Shown here in pieces: positions 17,967 through 32,039 of a stretch of DNA of 42,813 nucleotides. This stretch comes from Actinomycetales bacterium (GTDB lineage Bacteria > Actinomycetota > Actinomycetes > Actinomycetales > JAHECE01), in the NCBI GenBank assembly GCA_024641895.1, contig JAHECE010000001.1, positions 1-42,813 of the forward strand, in the 5' to 3' direction. The position numbers and the translations under genes were made by a program. The notes under the pieces are model-generated. The model had not been told where the DNA came from and searched no databases. It saw only the letters and a list, made by a program, of their open reading frames with translations. Within the stretch, counting starts at the first letter, position 1. Each line of letters begins with the position of its first letter.

Positions 17967-19292
17967 TCAGCCGAACCGGACCTCGGCGGCCTCCCCGTGG
18001 GCCGGCAGGTCCTCTGCGTCGGCGAGGGCGACGAGCGGCGCGACGACCTCCCGCAGGGCGTCCGAGGTGTACTCGATCACCTGGACGGACTTGATGAAGC
18101 TCATCACCCCGAGACCGCTCGCAAAGTGAGCGCACCCCCCGGTCGGTAGCACGTGGTTGGACCCCGCGATGTAGTCGCCGAGCGAGACCGGTGAGTACGC
18201 GCCCACGAAGATGGCGCCCGCACTGCGGACCCGGGCGGCGACCGCGGGAGCGTCCACCGTCTGGATCTCGAGGTGCTCGGCGGCGTAGGCGTCCACGACC
18301 ACAACGCCGGCATCGATGTCGTCGACCAGCACGGTTCCGGACTGCCGCCCCGTGAGCGCGATCGTGATCCGATCCGCGTGCTTGGTCCGCGGCACGCGCA
18401 GGGACAGCTCCACGTCGACGGCATCGGCGAGCGCGGTCGACGGCGTGACCAGCACAGACGCCGCCAGGGGGTCGTGCTCGGCCTGGCTGATGAGGTCGGC
18501 CGCGACGTGAGCCGGATCCGCCGTGTCGTCGGCGAGGATCGCGATCTCGGTCGGGCCCGCCTCCGCATCGATGCCCACGAGACCGCGGACCTCGCGCTTG
18601 GCGGCCGCGACCCAGACGTTGCCCGGCCCCGTGATGACGTCGACGGGCTCGCACAGGACGTCGCCGTCGACGGGCTCGCTCCCGGCGGCGCCGTAGGCCA
18701 GCATCGCGATCGCCTGGGCGCCGCCGACTGCGTAGACCTCGTCGACGCCCAGCAACGCGCACGCCGCCAGGACCGTCGGGTCGGGCAGCCCGCCCCGGTC
18801 CGCCTGCGGCGGGCTCGCGACGACGAGCGACTCCACGCCCGCCACCTGCGCGGCCACCACGTTCATCACGACGCTCGAGGGGTACACGGCGAGACCGCCC
18901 GGCACGTAGAGGCCGACTCGCTGGACCGGCACCCAGCGCTGGTGCACGACGCCCCCCGGCACGATCGCGGTGCTCACCTCGGTCGGCACCTGGGCCCGGT
19001 GACCACGGCGGACGCGTTCCGCGGACTCCTCGAGGGCTGCCCGCACGGCCGGGTCAAGGTCTGCCAGGGCCTGCGCAAGGGCCTCGACGGGCACGCGCAC
19101 GGTCGCCGGCCGCACCCGGTCGAACCGCTCGGACAGGTCTCGCAGCGCAGCGGCGCCTCGGGCCCGGACATCGTCAAGGATCGGGCGGACCTGGTGCACG
19201 GCCGCCTCGACGTCGAGCTCGGCCCGCGGCATCGCGGCGGCGAGGGCGCGGGCGGACAGGCGGCGGCCACGGAGGTCGAGTCGAGAAAGCAC
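17967..19292 (-). CDS. hisD: histidinol dehydrogenase HisD
   Basis: Track ORF 17967..19292. Contains [11 protein letters not shown] and SQAEHDP, with the C-terminal part HGEAAEVR. Confidence 0.93.
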   Translation of the reverse strand: MLSRLDLRGRRLSARALAAAMPRAELDVEAAVHQVRPILDDVRARGAAALRDLSERFDRVRPATVRVPVEALAQALADLDPAVRAALEESAERVRRGHRAQVPTEVSTAIVPGGVVHQRWVPVQRVGLYVPGGLAVYPSSVVMNVVAAQVAGVESLVVASPPQADRGGLPDPTVLAACALLGVDEVYAVGGAQAIAMLAYGAAGSEPVDGDVLCEPVDVITGPGNVWVAAAKREVRGLVGIDAEAGPTEIAILADDTADPAHVAADLISQAEHDPLAASVLVTPSTALADAVDVELSLRVPRTKHADRITIALTGRQSGTVLVDDIDAGVVVVDAYAAEHLEIQTVDAPAVAARVRSAGAIFVGAYSPVSLGDYIAGSNHVLPTGGCAHFASGLGVMSFIKSVQVIEYTSDALREVVAPLVALADAEDLPAHGEAAEVRFG

Positions 19293-19368
19293 GCGCCGAT
19301 TCTAGGGCGCGCCGTACCTCGGACCCGAGGACCGGCCGGGCTGCGACCGGGGCAGCCGGCTCAGGGGA

Positions 19369-22905
<3,537 letters not shown>

Positions 22906-22982
22906 GGGGGCCAGTGTAGGTCGCCCTCGGGGGTCCTCCCGGCGAGCGACCCGGCCACGTCGAGGCCGGCGCTGCTGCTCGG

Positions 22983-23909
22983 TCAGCCGGCCTGGAGCCG
23001 TTCGAGAGCCGTGCGCAGGTCGGCGGGGTACTCGCTCGAGACTTCGAGCCAGGCACCTGTTGCAGGGTGTGGGAAGCCGAGACGGACGGCGTGCAGCCAC
23101 TGGCGGGTCAGGCCGAGGCGAGCCGCCAGCGCGGGGTCCGCACCGTACGTGAGATCCCCGACGCAGGGATGGTGGATCGCAGCCATGTGCACGCGGATCT
23201 GGTGCGTGCGCCCGGTCTCCAGATGGACCTCCAGCAAGGAGGCCGCCCGCATGGCTTCGAGCGTCGCGTAGTGCGTGACCGACGGGCGCCCGCCGGCCAC
23301 GACCGCCCACTTGTAGTCGGCACTCGGGTGCCGGCCGATCGGCGCGTCGATGCTGCCCGCCATCGGGTCCGGGTGGCCCTGGACAAGGGCGTGGTAGACC
23401 TTCACGGGTGTCCGGTCGCGGAACGCCTGCTTGAGCAGTGAGTACGCGCGCTCGCTCTTCGCGACGACCATCAGCCCGGAGGTACCGACGTCGAGCCGGT
23501 GGACGATGCCCTGGCGCTCGGCAGCGCCCGACGTCGCCACGCGGTAGCCGGCCCCGGCCAGCGCGCCCGTGACGGTCGGGCCGGTCCAGCCCGGGCTGGC
23601 GTGGGCAGCGACGCCCACGGGCTTGTCGATCACGAGGACGTCCTCGTCGTCGTGCACGATCCGCAGCCCCGGCACGAGAACCGGCCCGGCACGAACCGGC
23701 GCCGGCGGATCCGGCAGCGTGACCTCGAGCCACGCACCGGCGTGCAGCCGGTCGGACTTGCCGACGGCAGCTCCATCGACGATCACGGCGCCGGCCTCGG
23801 CCAGGTCTGCAGCACGGGTCCGGGACAGGCCGAGGAGCCGGGAGAGCGCTGCGTCGACCCGTTCGCCTGCCAGGCCGTCGGGAACGGGGAGCGAACGGGT
23901 CTCAGGCAC
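22983..23909 (-). CDS. rluD: RluA-family 23S rRNA pseudouridine synthase (RluD-like)
   Basis: Track ORF 22983..23909. N-terminal S4-like region, then [15 protein letters not shown] and the GRTHQIRVH motif. The start overlaps the lspA end by 8 nt. Confidence 0.9.
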   Translation of the reverse strand: MPETRSLPVPDGLAGERVDAALSRLLGLSRTRAADLAEAGAVIVDGAAVGKSDRLHAGAWLEVTLPDPPAPVRAGPVLVPGLRIVHDDEDVLVIDKPVGVAAHASPGWTGPTVTGALAGAGYRVATSGAAERQGIVHRLDVGTSGLMVVAKSERAYSLLKQAFRDRTPVKVYHALVQGHPDPMAGSIDAPIGRHPSADYKWAVVAGGRPSVTHYATLEAMRAASLLEVHLETGRTHQIRVHMAAIHHPCVGDLTYGADPALAARLGLTRQWLHAVRLGFPHPATGAWLEVSSEYPADLRTALERLQAG

Positions 23910-24510
23910 GTTCGTCCTTGCCGGTGCGATGCCGGGTGCCGTCGGCGCCGATGCCGAACAACGTCAGGATCACGATAAGTCCGGCCGCCGTCACGATCGC
24001 GATGTCGGCGACGTTCCCGATGAAGAGCCCGGCGTAGTCGATGAAGTCGACGACGTGACCTTGCCCGAAGCTGGGTGGCCGGAAGAGCCGGTCGAGCAGG
24101 TTGCCTATCGCGCCGCCGAGCAACAGGCCGAGCGCAACGGCCCATGCGGTCGAGCCGAGGCGCCTGGACAGTCGAAGGATCGCTGCGACAACCCCGAGCG
24201 CGATGACGGTGAAGATCCAGGTCGTGCCCGAGGCGAACGAGAACGCCGCACCGGGGTTGAAGATGAGGCTCAGCGCGAGCAGGTCACCGAGCAGCGGGAC
24301 CCGCTCACCCTCGACGAGGGCGTTGATCGCGAACTGCTTGGAGACGATGTCGACGCCGACGACCGCGACGGCGATCGCCACGAGGGTGGCGACGAGGCCT
24401 CGGCGTCGGGCGCCGCCCCCAGGATTGCCCTCGGCGACCGACTGCCCCAGGGCATCGCGCGCGAGGTCCCGCTCGGGCTCACCGGCCGGAGGAGTCACAG
24501 GATCAGTCAT
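23902..24510 (-). CDS. lspA: lipoprotein signal peptidase II LspA
   Basis: ATG at 24510 is codon 9 of track ORF 23902..24534. Contains [23 protein letters not shown] and NVADIAI. Confidence 0.9.
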   Translation of the reverse strand: MTDPVTPPAGEPERDLARDALGQSVAEGNPGGGARRRGLVATLVAIAVAVVGVDIVSKQFAINALVEGERVPLLGDLLALSLIFNPGAAFSFASGTTWIFTVIALGVVAAILRLSRRLGSTAWAVALGLLLGGAIGNLLDRLFRPPSFGQGHVVDFIDYAGLFIGNVADIAIVTAAGLIVILTLFGIGADGTRHRTGKDERA

Positions 24511-24584
24511 CGCCCACTTCTTCACGCACGACACCGGCGGCGGACCGCAGGCCCGCCGCCGGTGTGATGCCGTTCTTGCCTGGA

Positions 24585-25262
24585 TCAGTGGATGGTACGC
24601 ACTCCGCCGCTCTTGCCGTTCGACCCGACATCCTGGGGGCCGTCGACGTCCTGAAGGAGCCCCTCAAGGTAGCTCTTCAGCCGCGTACGGTAGTCGCGCT
24701 CGAACACACGCAGCTCGTCGATCTTGCGCTCCAGCAGCGTGCGCTGCTGCTCCAGCTTGCCGAGAGTCCGGTGCCGCTCGTCCTCGGCCTCACGCACGAG
24801 CCCTTCGGCCATCTCCCGCGCTTCGGTGACGAGGCGCTCGGCCTCCGACTGGCCGTTCTGGACGAACTCGTCGTGCACGCGCTGCGCCAGGGCCAGCATG
24901 CCGGCCGCCGACTGGGCCTGGCCCACAGCGGGTGCGGCGGCGACCGCCGCGGGCTCCGGCTGGACCTCGGCCACGGCCGCGGGCTCCGGCTCCGGCTGGG
25001 CCAGAACCTCCGGCTCGTCGAACTCGACCTGTGCCTCAGTGATCGGCTCGCCCTCGTCGACCGCCTGGCCGCCGAGGTCGCCGATCCGCGACTGGGCGGC
25101 CGACAGGTTGGCACGCAGCTGCTCGTTCTCCGCGGCTATCACGCGCAACGTGCTCACGATGTCGTCGAGGAAGTCGTCGACCTCGTCCTGGTCGTAGCCC
25201 TCACGGAACTTCGTCGGTTGGAACTTCTTGTTGAGGACGTCCTCCGCCGTCAGCAGCGTCAT
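24585..25262 (-). CDS. divIVA: cell-division/polar-growth protein DivIVA (Wag31-like)
   Basis: ATG at 25262 is codon 35 of track ORF 24585..25364, preceded by GAGGTGA. Begins MTLLTAEDVLNKKFQPTKFREGYDQDEVDDFLD, followed by coiled-coil sequence. Confidence 0.92.
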   Translation of the reverse strand: MTLLTAEDVLNKKFQPTKFREGYDQDEVDDFLDDIVSTLRVIAAENEQLRANLSAAQSRIGDLGGQAVDEGEPITEAQVEFDEPEVLAQPEPEPAAVAEVQPEPAAVAAAPAVGQAQSAAGMLALAQRVHDEFVQNGQSEAERLVTEAREMAEGLVREAEDERHRTLGKLEQQRTLLERKIDELRVFERDYRTRLKSYLEGLLQDVDGPQDVGSNGKSGGVRTIH

Positions 25263-25392
25263 TCTGGTCACCTCGGTGTCTGAGCAGTTTCGATCGAGGA
25301 CGCGGGTGTCGCCGACCGCGATGTCACGTTGACCGAAGGCTTGTCGCGCGGCAGCGCGCCACACCCCCCAGTCCGAATACTAGCCACGATCC

Positions 25393-25689
25393 CTAAATCG
25401 TGGCGGCCAAATACTGCACAATTCGCATTGAAAAGGTGCAGGCGAGCATGAGAACCAAGAACGCGAGGTCCAACTGGATCGCGCCGAGACGCAGCGGGGG
25501 GATGATGCGTCGCAGCAGGCGCAGCGGGGGGTCGGTCAGCGTGTATGAACCCTCGGCGACCACGAGCGCGACCCCACGAGGCCGCCAATCCCGCGCGAAG
25601 ACCTGGACCCAGTCGAAGACGAGCCGCAGCAGCAGCACGAGGAGATAGAGGAACAGCGCCAGGTTGAGGACCTGAAGAACAAGCTGCAC
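25393..25689 (-). CDS. YggT family membrane protein
   Basis: Track ORF 25393..25689. 98 aa with hydrophobic helices, sitting in the conserved position between sepF and divIVA. Confidence 0.85.
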   Translation of the reverse strand: MQLVLQVLNLALFLYLLVLLLRLVFDWVQVFARDWRPRGVALVVAEGSYTLTDPPLRLLRRIIPPLRLGAIQLDLAFLVLMLACTFSMRIVQYLAATI

Positions 25690-25695
25690 CGAACC

Positions 25696-26172
25696 TCAGC
25701 TCTGGTTGAAGAAGCCTGCCGGAGTGGCCGCGGTGGCGCGCTCGCCTGTGGAGACCTCGACGGTGGCGGGTGAGAGCAGGAAGACCTTGTTCGTGACGCG
25801 TTCAATTGCGCCCCGCAGGCCGAACACCAGGCCAGCGGAGAAGTCGACGAGCCGCTTGGCGTCGCCGTCACTCATGTCCGTCAGGTTCATGATGACCGGC
25901 GTATTCGCGCGGAACGCCTCGCCGATCACCTTGGCATCGTTGTAGGTACGCGGGTGCACCGTGGTGATACGCCGCAGCTCGCCACTGACACCCCGGGAGA
26001 TCGGCGTGACCTGGGCGTGGACGCGCTGCTCAGCGGGCACGGTTGCCTCCGGGTAGTCGGTCGGCTCGACGTACTGCTCGGGGTACTCCTCGGCGTACTC
26101 CTGCTGCGCTCCCTCCTGCTCGCCTTCAGCGAGTCCGAGGTACAGCATCGTCTTGCGCAGCGCTCCGGCCAT
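25696..26172 (-). CDS. sepF: cell division protein SepF
   Basis: ATG at 26172 is codon 101 of track ORF 25696..26472, preceded by CAGGAG. Begins [14 protein letters not shown] and has the C-terminal core [15 protein letters not shown]...VIMNL. Confidence 0.9.
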   Translation of the reverse strand: MAGALRKTMLYLGLAEGEQEGAQQEYAEEYPEQYVEPTDYPEATVPAEQRVHAQVTPISRGVSGELRRITTVHPRTYNDAKVIGEAFRANTPVIMNLTDMSDGDAKRLVDFSAGLVFGLRGAIERVTNKVFLLSPATVEVSTGERATAATPAGFFNQS

Positions 26173-26248
26173 GTCTGCTCCTGGTGCGAAATTCGGCTGA
26201 GTCTTCGAGACGGACGTTAGACCAGCCGGAGCAACCAGGCGCGAAGGC

Positions 26249-26986
26249 CTACGGCGTGTCGCGATGCTCGATCGCGACCAGCCCGGCGAACCGCCCGCAC
26301 ACACCGTCTCGCCGATAGGAGTAGAACCTCTCGTCCTCGACCGTGCAGATCCCGGACCGCCCGATCTCGACGACCCCGGTTCGGGCGAGCTGGTGCACCG
26401 CGCCGGCGACCAGATCCACCCCCGGTGTGCCCCATGCGGTCGTGGACGCGGCAGCGGGGACGTGGGCCACAACCTCAGCCTGAACAGCGGCTCCGACCTC
26501 GTAGCACTGCCCGCAGATCGCCGGTCCGAGGTACGCGCGCACCGAGGCCGGCTCGGCGCCGAGACGCACCATCGCTTCGATCGTCGCGGGGATCACTCCC
26601 TCGACAAGCCCTCGACGCCCGGCGTGGGCCGCACCAACGACCCTGTGCTCGGCGTCCGCAAGGAGGACCGGCAGGCAGTCCGCCACCAGCACCGCGAGTG
26701 CGATTCCTGACTGATCGGTGACGATGGCGTCCGCGTCACCGAGGCCCGCAGCCGCGGCCGCGGCCGGCAACGCCGCGTCGAGCGTTGCGACGGCATTGCC
26801 GTGCACCTGGTTCACGTACGCCACCGGGACTCCGAGGTGTGACGCGAGCCGGGCGCGGTTCACGCCGACCAGGTCCGGATCGTCGCCGACATGGAGTGCG
26901 AGATCGAGCGAGTCGTGCGGCCCCTGGCTGACGCCCCCGGCCCGGGTCGTGACGACTGCCGTCACGCCCGGGCCGAGGTCGCTCAT
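26249..26986 (-). CDS. pgeF: peptidoglycan editing factor PgeF (YfiH/DUF152, laccase-domain protein)
   Basis: In frame with track ORF 26249..27565. Contains [27 protein letters not shown] and CGQCYEV. Start is ATG at 26986; alternative GTGs at 26992 and 26998. Confidence 0.88.
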   Translation of the reverse strand: MSDLGPGVTAVVTTRAGGVSQGPHDSLDLALHVGDDPDLVGVNRARLASHLGVPVAYVNQVHGNAVATLDAALPAAAAAAGLGDADAIVTDQSGIALAVLVADCLPVLLADAEHRVVGAAHAGRRGLVEGVIPATIEAMVRLGAEPASVRAYLGPAICGQCYEVGAAVQAEVVAHVPAAASTTAWGTPGVDLVAGAVHQLARTGVVEIGRSGICTVEDERFYSYRRDGVCGRFAGLVAIEHRDTP

Positions 26987-27011
26987 CAGCACGTGCACGC
27001 CGCGACCTGGA

Positions 27012-28262
27012 CTACTTGAGGAAGTCCGGGATGTCGAGATCGTCCTCGACGCGCCGCGTGCGGGCCGGCGCCTCGTCGAAGACCCGGGGGACGTGTGTCG
27101 AGGAGTACTGCTCCGCCTGCCGCGGCTTGGACTCGGGCGCCGCAGCGACCGGAGTCGGCTCGCGGGTGGCCCGGACCTCGGCCTGCGCCGGGACCTGCGG
27201 ACGGTCCATGCGGGTGTTGTTGCCGTGCTCGGCCACGTTGACGGGCGGCACGGCGGCCGCAGTCCGAGCCGGCGCGACCTGACCGACGCCGCGACCGTTG
27301 GTCCGCGGAGTCGGCGGCGCGTTGTCGAAGCCCGCGGCGATGACCGTGACGCGGCACTCGTCACCGAGCGCGTCGTCGATGACCGCACCGAAGATGATGT
27401 TCGCCTCGGGGTGCGCGGCCTCCTGGACGAGCCGAGCGGCCTCGTGGATCTCGAAGAGACCGAGGTCGCTGCCGCCCTGGATGCTGAGCAGGACGCCGTG
27501 CGCGCCGTCGATGCTCGCCTCGAGGAGCGGCGAGGAGATGGCCAGCTCTGCCGCCTGCACCGCACGGTCCTCGCCGCGGCTGGAGCCGATACCCATCAGG
27601 GCGCTGCCCGCGCCCTGCATGACCGACTTCACATCGGCGAAGTCGAGGTTGATCAGGCCCGGCGTCGTGATGAGGTCCGTGATGCCCTGGACGCCGGAGA
27701 GCAGGACCTGGTCGGCCGAGCGGAAGGCGTCGAGCACCGAGACGCCACGGTCCGAGATCGACAGCAGCCTGTCATTCGGGATGACGATCAGGGTGTCGAC
27801 CTCGGCGCGCAGGGCATCGATGCCGCTGTCGGCCTGGTTGGCCCGGCGGCGTCCCTCGAACGTGAACGGGCGGGTCACGACGCCGATGGTCAGTGCGCCC
27901 ATCGAGCGCGCGATGCGAGCGACGACCGGGGCACCGCCCGTGCCGGTGCCACCGCCCTCGCCCGCCGTCACGAAGACCATGTCGGCGCCGCGGAGCACCT
28001 CCTCGATCTCGTCGGCGTGGTCGTCGGCGGCCTTGCGTCCCACCTCCGGGTCGGCGCCGGCGCCGAGTCCTCGCGTGAGCTCGCGGCCGACGTCGAGCTT
28101 GACGTCCGCGTCGCTCATCAGCAGCGCCTGGGCGTCGGTGTTCACGGCGATGAACTCGACACCCTTCAGCCCTGCCTCGATCATGCGGTTCACGGCGTTG
28201 ACGCCGCCTCCGCCGATGCCCACCACCTTGATGACCGCCAGGTAGTTGTGCGGTGCCGTCAC
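27012..28262 (-). CDS. ftsZ: cell division GTPase FtsZ
   Basis: Track ORF 27012..28262. Contains [15 protein letters not shown] and the tubulin signature [13 protein letters not shown], plus the C-terminal [16 protein letters not shown] Shine-Dalgarno upstream. Confidence 0.97.
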   Translation of the reverse strand: MTAPHNYLAVIKVVGIGGGGVNAVNRMIEAGLKGVEFIAVNTDAQALLMSDADVKLDVGRELTRGLGAGADPEVGRKAADDHADEIEEVLRGADMVFVTAGEGGGTGTGGAPVVARIARSMGALTIGVVTRPFTFEGRRRANQADSGIDALRAEVDTLIVIPNDRLLSISDRGVSVLDAFRSADQVLLSGVQGITDLITTPGLINLDFADVKSVMQGAGSALMGIGSSRGEDRAVQAAELAISSPLLEASIDGAHGVLLSIQGGSDLGLFEIHEAARLVQEAAHPEANIIFGAVIDDALGDECRVTVIAAGFDNAPPTPRTNGRGVGQVAPARTAAAVPPVNVAEHGNNTRMDRPQVPAQAEVRATREPTPVAAAPESKPRQAEQYSSTHVPRVFDEAPARTRRVEDDLDIPDFLK

Positions 28263-28423
28263 GTTGGTCCCTCTCGCTCCGGGGTTTCAACTCTCAACCT
28301 CAACCTGAGGTTAAGACTTATGTCATTTCCTGTCGGGCAGGACGGTAGGTCGGCCACGTGTGGTGGGCAACGACATCCGGTGCGTGTCGCCGAAGTCTCC
28401 GGCGTGGCGTGTCGCTCGGCGCG
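28263..28423 (-). promoter_or_regulatory. ftsQ-ftsZ intergenic region with a locally AT-rich patch, candidate ftsZ promoter and 5-prime UTR hairpin
   Basis: On the minus strand: TTGCCC (28370-28365), a 17-nt spacer, then TACCGT (28347-28342). Perfect 7-bp stem AACCTCA/TGAGGTT at 28296-28312. GTTGA is repeated three times. Confidence 0.35.
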
Positions 28424-29467
28424 TCAGCGCGTGACGGGACGCGACGGCGCGGACACGTCGTAGACCCCAGCAGGGCGCTGGCGCAGGACCTCGAGGACGC
28501 GCACCTTCAGTGCCGAGAGCTCGCTGCTCCCCCACTCGACCCGCGAGCCGTCGCTGAGCCGCAGGCGCACGGTATCGGGCGAACCGGCGGCCGCCTCCCG
28601 GATCTCTGCCAACAGCTCCGGGGGCAGCTCCCCCAGGACGCTCAGCACGGCGTTGAGGGAGTCGACGGCCCGGCTCCCGGGGCCGACCACGACGACCGGC
28701 AGCCCGTCCGGCGCGGCCGCGACCGGATCACCGACCTGCACGCCGTCAACGTCGAGGAGTGCGAGCTGACCTGCGCCCGGCACCGCGGCGACCGGCACCC
28801 GCGCGACCACGTCGACGGCGAGGCCCGCGGGCCAGGCGCGACGGACGGATGCGGAGCGAACGCCTGGCACCCCTTCGACCGACTCCTCGAGGGCGCTCAT
28901 CGAGAGGCGGGCCAACGGCGTCCCTGCCGCCGGCTCGAGCGCCTCCACCACGAGCACGGGGTCCACCGTCGGGCCCGTCGTGGCGACGCGCACGGACTCC
29001 GACCGAAGTGCCAGCAGCGGAGAAGCGAGCACGACGTAGCCGACCAGCGTGACGGCCGCGGCGATGCCGACGACGATGGCCAGCCGCCGCAGAGTCAGCC
29101 GCCGTTGCGCCGCGCGGCGCTCCGAGAGCCTCTCGGCGAGCCCATTCGAGACGACGCCGGGCGCCTGGGAGAGACGTCCGAGCGCGACGCCCGCCCACGA
29201 ACGTGCTGCGGGCCGCCCGGCCACGGCAGCTCCGCCAGGCGGGTCCGCGGGCGGGTCCGGAGCCCGCTCTCCCCCTCGCCCCTGCACCAGCGCCCGCCCC
29301 GGCGGGTCCGCGGGGCTCTTGGTCGGGTTCGGCGGGTTGGCCGCCGAGGGACGTCCGGCGGAGTCGTCCCCGAACGTGTCGTCCTGCGCAGGCGTGTCGT
29401 CGGGTGCAGGTCGCCTCGTCGGGACGCTACGTCCGGGCGCCGGTCGAGGCGGGCTGGGTGGTCTCAT
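28424..29467 (-). CDS. ftsQ: cell division protein FtsQ (Pro-rich cytoplasmic tail, TM helix, POTRA domain)
   Basis: Track ORF 28424..29467. ATGA overlap with murC. TM segment LAIVVGIAAAVTLVGYVVL followed by a POTRA-like region. Confidence 0.88.
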   Translation of the reverse strand: MRPPSPPRPAPGRSVPTRRPAPDDTPAQDDTFGDDSAGRPSAANPPNPTKSPADPPGRALVQGRGGERAPDPPADPPGGAAVAGRPAARSWAGVALGRLSQAPGVVSNGLAERLSERRAAQRRLTLRRLAIVVGIAAAVTLVGYVVLASPLLALRSESVRVATTGPTVDPVLVVEALEPAAGTPLARLSMSALEESVEGVPGVRSASVRRAWPAGLAVDVVARVPVAAVPGAGQLALLDVDGVQVGDPVAAAPDGLPVVVVGPGSRAVDSLNAVLSVLGELPPELLAEIREAAAGSPDTVRLRLSDGSRVEWGSSELSALKVRVLEVLRQRPAGVYDVSAPSRPVTR

Positions 29468-30888
29468 GCGCGGGTCCGTAGCGTGTCGAGGATCGGGTCC
29501 GCGAGCTCGGTGACATCACCGGCGCCGACGGTCAGGAGGAGGTCGCCCGAGCTGGCGAGCCCGGCGATGACCGAGGCCGCCTCGAGCCGGTCCGGCACGT
29601 AACGGGCGTGCGCCGAAGCGCCCTGGGCGACCATGGCATCGGTGATGAGTGCACTGGTCACGCCCGGACGGGGCTCCTCGCGGGCGCCGTAGACGCCCGT
29701 GACGACCACCTCGTCCGCCGCGGCGAGCGCCTGCGCGAACTCCGCCGCGAACGCGAGGGTCCGCGAGTACAGGTGCGGCTGGAAGAGGGCCAGCACCCGA
29801 CCGGAGCCGACGGACAGTCGCGCCTGCGCCATCAGCGCGGCCACCTCCGTCGGGTGGTGTGCGTAATCGTCGACCACCCGGACCCCACCGGCCGTACCGC
29901 GCTCCTCGAACCGGCGACGTGTGCCGGTGAAGGCCCCGAGGGCGGCGGCAAGGCGGTTCGGATCGACCCCGAGGTCGACGCCGGCCGCCCAGGCGGCCGC
30001 TGCATTGAGGACGTTGTGCGCGCCGGGCACGGCGAGCTCGACGTCGACCGCGATCTCACTGCCGTCCGGAGCGGTCCAGAGGAGCCGGGCCGACGATCCC
30101 GAGGGCCGCAGGTCCTCGATGGTGACCTGAACGTGATCGCCGGCCGCAGCGCTCTCGCCGTACGTCCGGACCCGGGTGCCGCGGCGGCGGGCGGACGCGG
30201 CAAGGGCGGCTGCGCCGTCGTCGTCGAGGCAGGCGACAAGGACGCCGCCGGGCACGATCCGCTCACTGAACGCCTCGAACGCCTCGTGGACGGCGTCGAC
30301 GTTCTCGTAGTGGTCGAGGTGGTCTGCCTCGACGTTAGTCACGACCGCGACGCGCGGGCTGTAGGCGAGGAAGGAGCGGTCCGACTCGTCCGCCTCGGCG
30401 ACGAAGGCGTCGCCCGTGCCGGCATGGGAGCCGGTGCCGAGCGCGAGCACCTCGCCGCCGATGGCGTAGCTCGGGTCCTCACCTGCCTCACGCAGCGCGA
30501 GGGCGAGCATCGAGCTCGTCGTCGTCTTGCCGTGCGCTCCCGCGACGGCCACGAAGTCCTTGCCCCGTGCGACGAGCGCGAGAGCCTGCGAGCGGTGGAT
30601 CACCGGGATGCCCGAAGCGCGAGCGGCGACGAGCTCGGGGTTCTCCGGCTTCACGGCGGTGGAGACGACAACGGTCCCGGCACCGGCCACGTGCTCCGCC
30701 GCGTGACCCACGTGAACCTGGGCACCGGCGGCGGCCAGCCGGTCGACGACGCCGCTCGCCCGGGCGTCCGAGCCCGAGACGGCGCTCCCGCCGGCGAGGA
30801 ACAGCTCCGCGATCACGGACATCCCGGCACCGCCGATGCCGATGAAGTGGATCGGCTCGGCCGCAGCCGCGGGATCGACGTCGGTCAC
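29464..30888 (-). CDS. murC: UDP-N-acetylmuramate--L-alanine ligase MurC
   Basis: Track ORF 29464..30888. Contains HFIGIGGAGMS and GAHGKTTTSSM. GTGA overlap with murG. Confidence 0.95.
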   Translation of the reverse strand: MTDVDPAAAAEPIHFIGIGGAGMSVIAELFLAGGSAVSGSDARASGVVDRLAAAGAQVHVGHAAEHVAGAGTVVVSTAVKPENPELVAARASGIPVIHRSQALALVARGKDFVAVAGAHGKTTTSSMLALALREAGEDPSYAIGGEVLALGTGSHAGTGDAFVAEADESDRSFLAYSPRVAVVTNVEADHLDHYENVDAVHEAFEAFSERIVPGGVLVACLDDDGAAALAASARRRGTRVRTYGESAAAGDHVQVTIEDLRPSGSSARLLWTAPDGSEIAVDVELAVPGAHNVLNAAAAWAAGVDLGVDPNRLAAALGAFTGTRRRFEERGTAGGVRVVDDYAHHPTEVAALMAQARLSVGSGRVLALFQPHLYSRTLAFAAEFAQALAAADEVVVTGVYGAREEPRPGVTSALITDAMVAQGASAHARYVPDRLEAASVIAGLASSGDLLLTVGAGDVTELADPILDTLRTRA

Positions 30889-32039
30889 GGCACGCGACCC
30901 GCGGGGTCGGCGACCGCCGCTTCGACGAGATCCGCGAGCCGGGCCGCGCCGTCCCGGACGCCGTGCTCCGCCGCGGCGCGGCCCATGGCGGCGAGCCGGT
31001 CGGCGTCGGCGACGAGCGGGACGAGGTTCTCCACGACCCAGGCCGGGGTGAAGGCGTCGTCGGTGACGAGGATGCCGCCGCCGCCGTCGATCACGCTCGA
31101 GGCATTGAGGCGCTGCTCGCCGTTGCCCACGGGCAGCGGCACGTAGACGGCCGGGATACCGAGCGCCGCGAGCTCGCCGACCGTGCCGGCGCCCGAGCGC
31201 GCGACGACGACGTCGCAGGCGGCGTAGGCCTGGTCGATCCGCTCGAGATACTCCCGGACGTGGTAGCGCTGCACGACCTCGTCCGCTACGCCCTCGAGGG
31301 CCTCTCGCACGGCGTCCGCCTTTCCGGCGCCGGTCAGGTGCAGGACCTGGGCCCCGGCCGCCACGAGCTCGGCGGCCGAGCGCGAGACGGTGTCGTTCAC
31401 CCGCTGTGCACCCAGCGAGCCGCCCGTCACCAGGACTGTCGTGAGGTCGGGGTCCAGGCCCAGCGCGGCAGCACCGGCGAGCCGCGCCCCCCGTGCGTCG
31501 GCTTCGCGAGCCTTGACGAGATCGGCGATGGCGGGCCGCAGCGGCAGGCCCGTGACGACGGCGCCCCCAGGGCCGCGCAGACGGGTACCCGGGAACGTGA
31601 CGGCGACGGCCGCGGCTCGACGGGCGCCCACCCGGTTGGCGAGGCCGGGACGCGCGTTCTGCTCGTGCACCACCACGGGCACCCCTTGCCGGCGCGCGGC
31701 GATGTAGGCCGGCGTGGCGACGTAGCCGCCGAAGCCGACGACCACATCGGCCTTCAGCTCCTCGATCGCCTTCTCCGCGGCTCGGACCGCGTCGCGGAGG
31801 CGACCTGGCAACCGGAGCACGTCCGCGGAAGGACGGCGCGGCAGCGGCACCTTCGGGACGAGGGCGAGCGGGTAGCCCTGCTCTGGGACGAGACGGGCCT
31901 CCAGGCCGGCTGCGGTGCCCAGGACCGTGATGACGGTCTCCGGATCACGACGGCGCAGCTCCGCGGCGAGCGCGAGCAACGGGTTGACGTGACCGGCCGT
32001 GCCGCCGCCGGCGAGCAGGACGCGCAGCGGCTCAGCCAC
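30885..32039 (-). CDS. murG: undecaprenyl-PP-MurNAc-pentapeptide GlcNAc transferase MurG
   Basis: GTG at 32039 is in frame with track ORF 30885..32210 and overlaps the ftsW end by 8 nt. Begins VAEPLRVLLAGGGTAGHVNP. Confidence 0.93.
   Translation of the reverse strand: MAEPLRVLLAGGGTAGHVNPLLALAAELRRRDPETVITVLGTAAGLEARLVPEQGYPLALVPKVPLPRRPSADVLRLPGRLRDAVRAAEKAIEELKADVVVGFGGYVATPAYIAARRQGVPVVVHEQNARPGLANRVGARRAAAVAVTFPGTRLRGPGGAVVTGLPLRPAIADLVKAREADARGARLAGAAALGLDPDLTTVLVTGGSLGAQRVNDTVSRSAAELVAAGAQVLHLTGAGKADAVREALEGVADEVVQRYHVREYLERIDQAYAACDVVVARSGAGTVGELAALGIPAVYVPLPVGNGEQRLNASSVIDGGGGILVTDDAFTPAWVVENLVPLVADADRLAAMGRAAAEHGVRDGAARLADLVEAAVADPAGRVP

Noticed and set aside
17945-17972. Bidirectional terminator in the 17-nt gap between the convergent helicase and hisD stops
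   Set aside because: It has only a 5-bp stem (GAGCC/GGCTC) around a CCCGGG palindrome, with no T or A tracts.
19293-19368. His-codon leader peptide or T-box upstream of hisD
   Set aside because: The gap after dnaE is only 76 nt. It has no His-codon run and no T-box-like conserved sequence, only imperfect GC hairpins that may terminate dnaE.
24943-24996. Near-duplicate GCCGCGGGCTCCGGC segments inside divIVA (PEPAAVA repeat)
   Set aside because: This is the low-complexity Pro/Ala/Glu linker typical of actinobacterial DivIVA/Wag31. It is imperfect and short.
25384-25403. 7-bp hairpin CCACGAT/ATCGTGG around the yggT stop codon as an intrinsic terminator
   Set aside because: The stop codon sits in the loop, no U-tract follows on the minus strand, and divIVA downstream is usually co-transcribed or has its own promoter.
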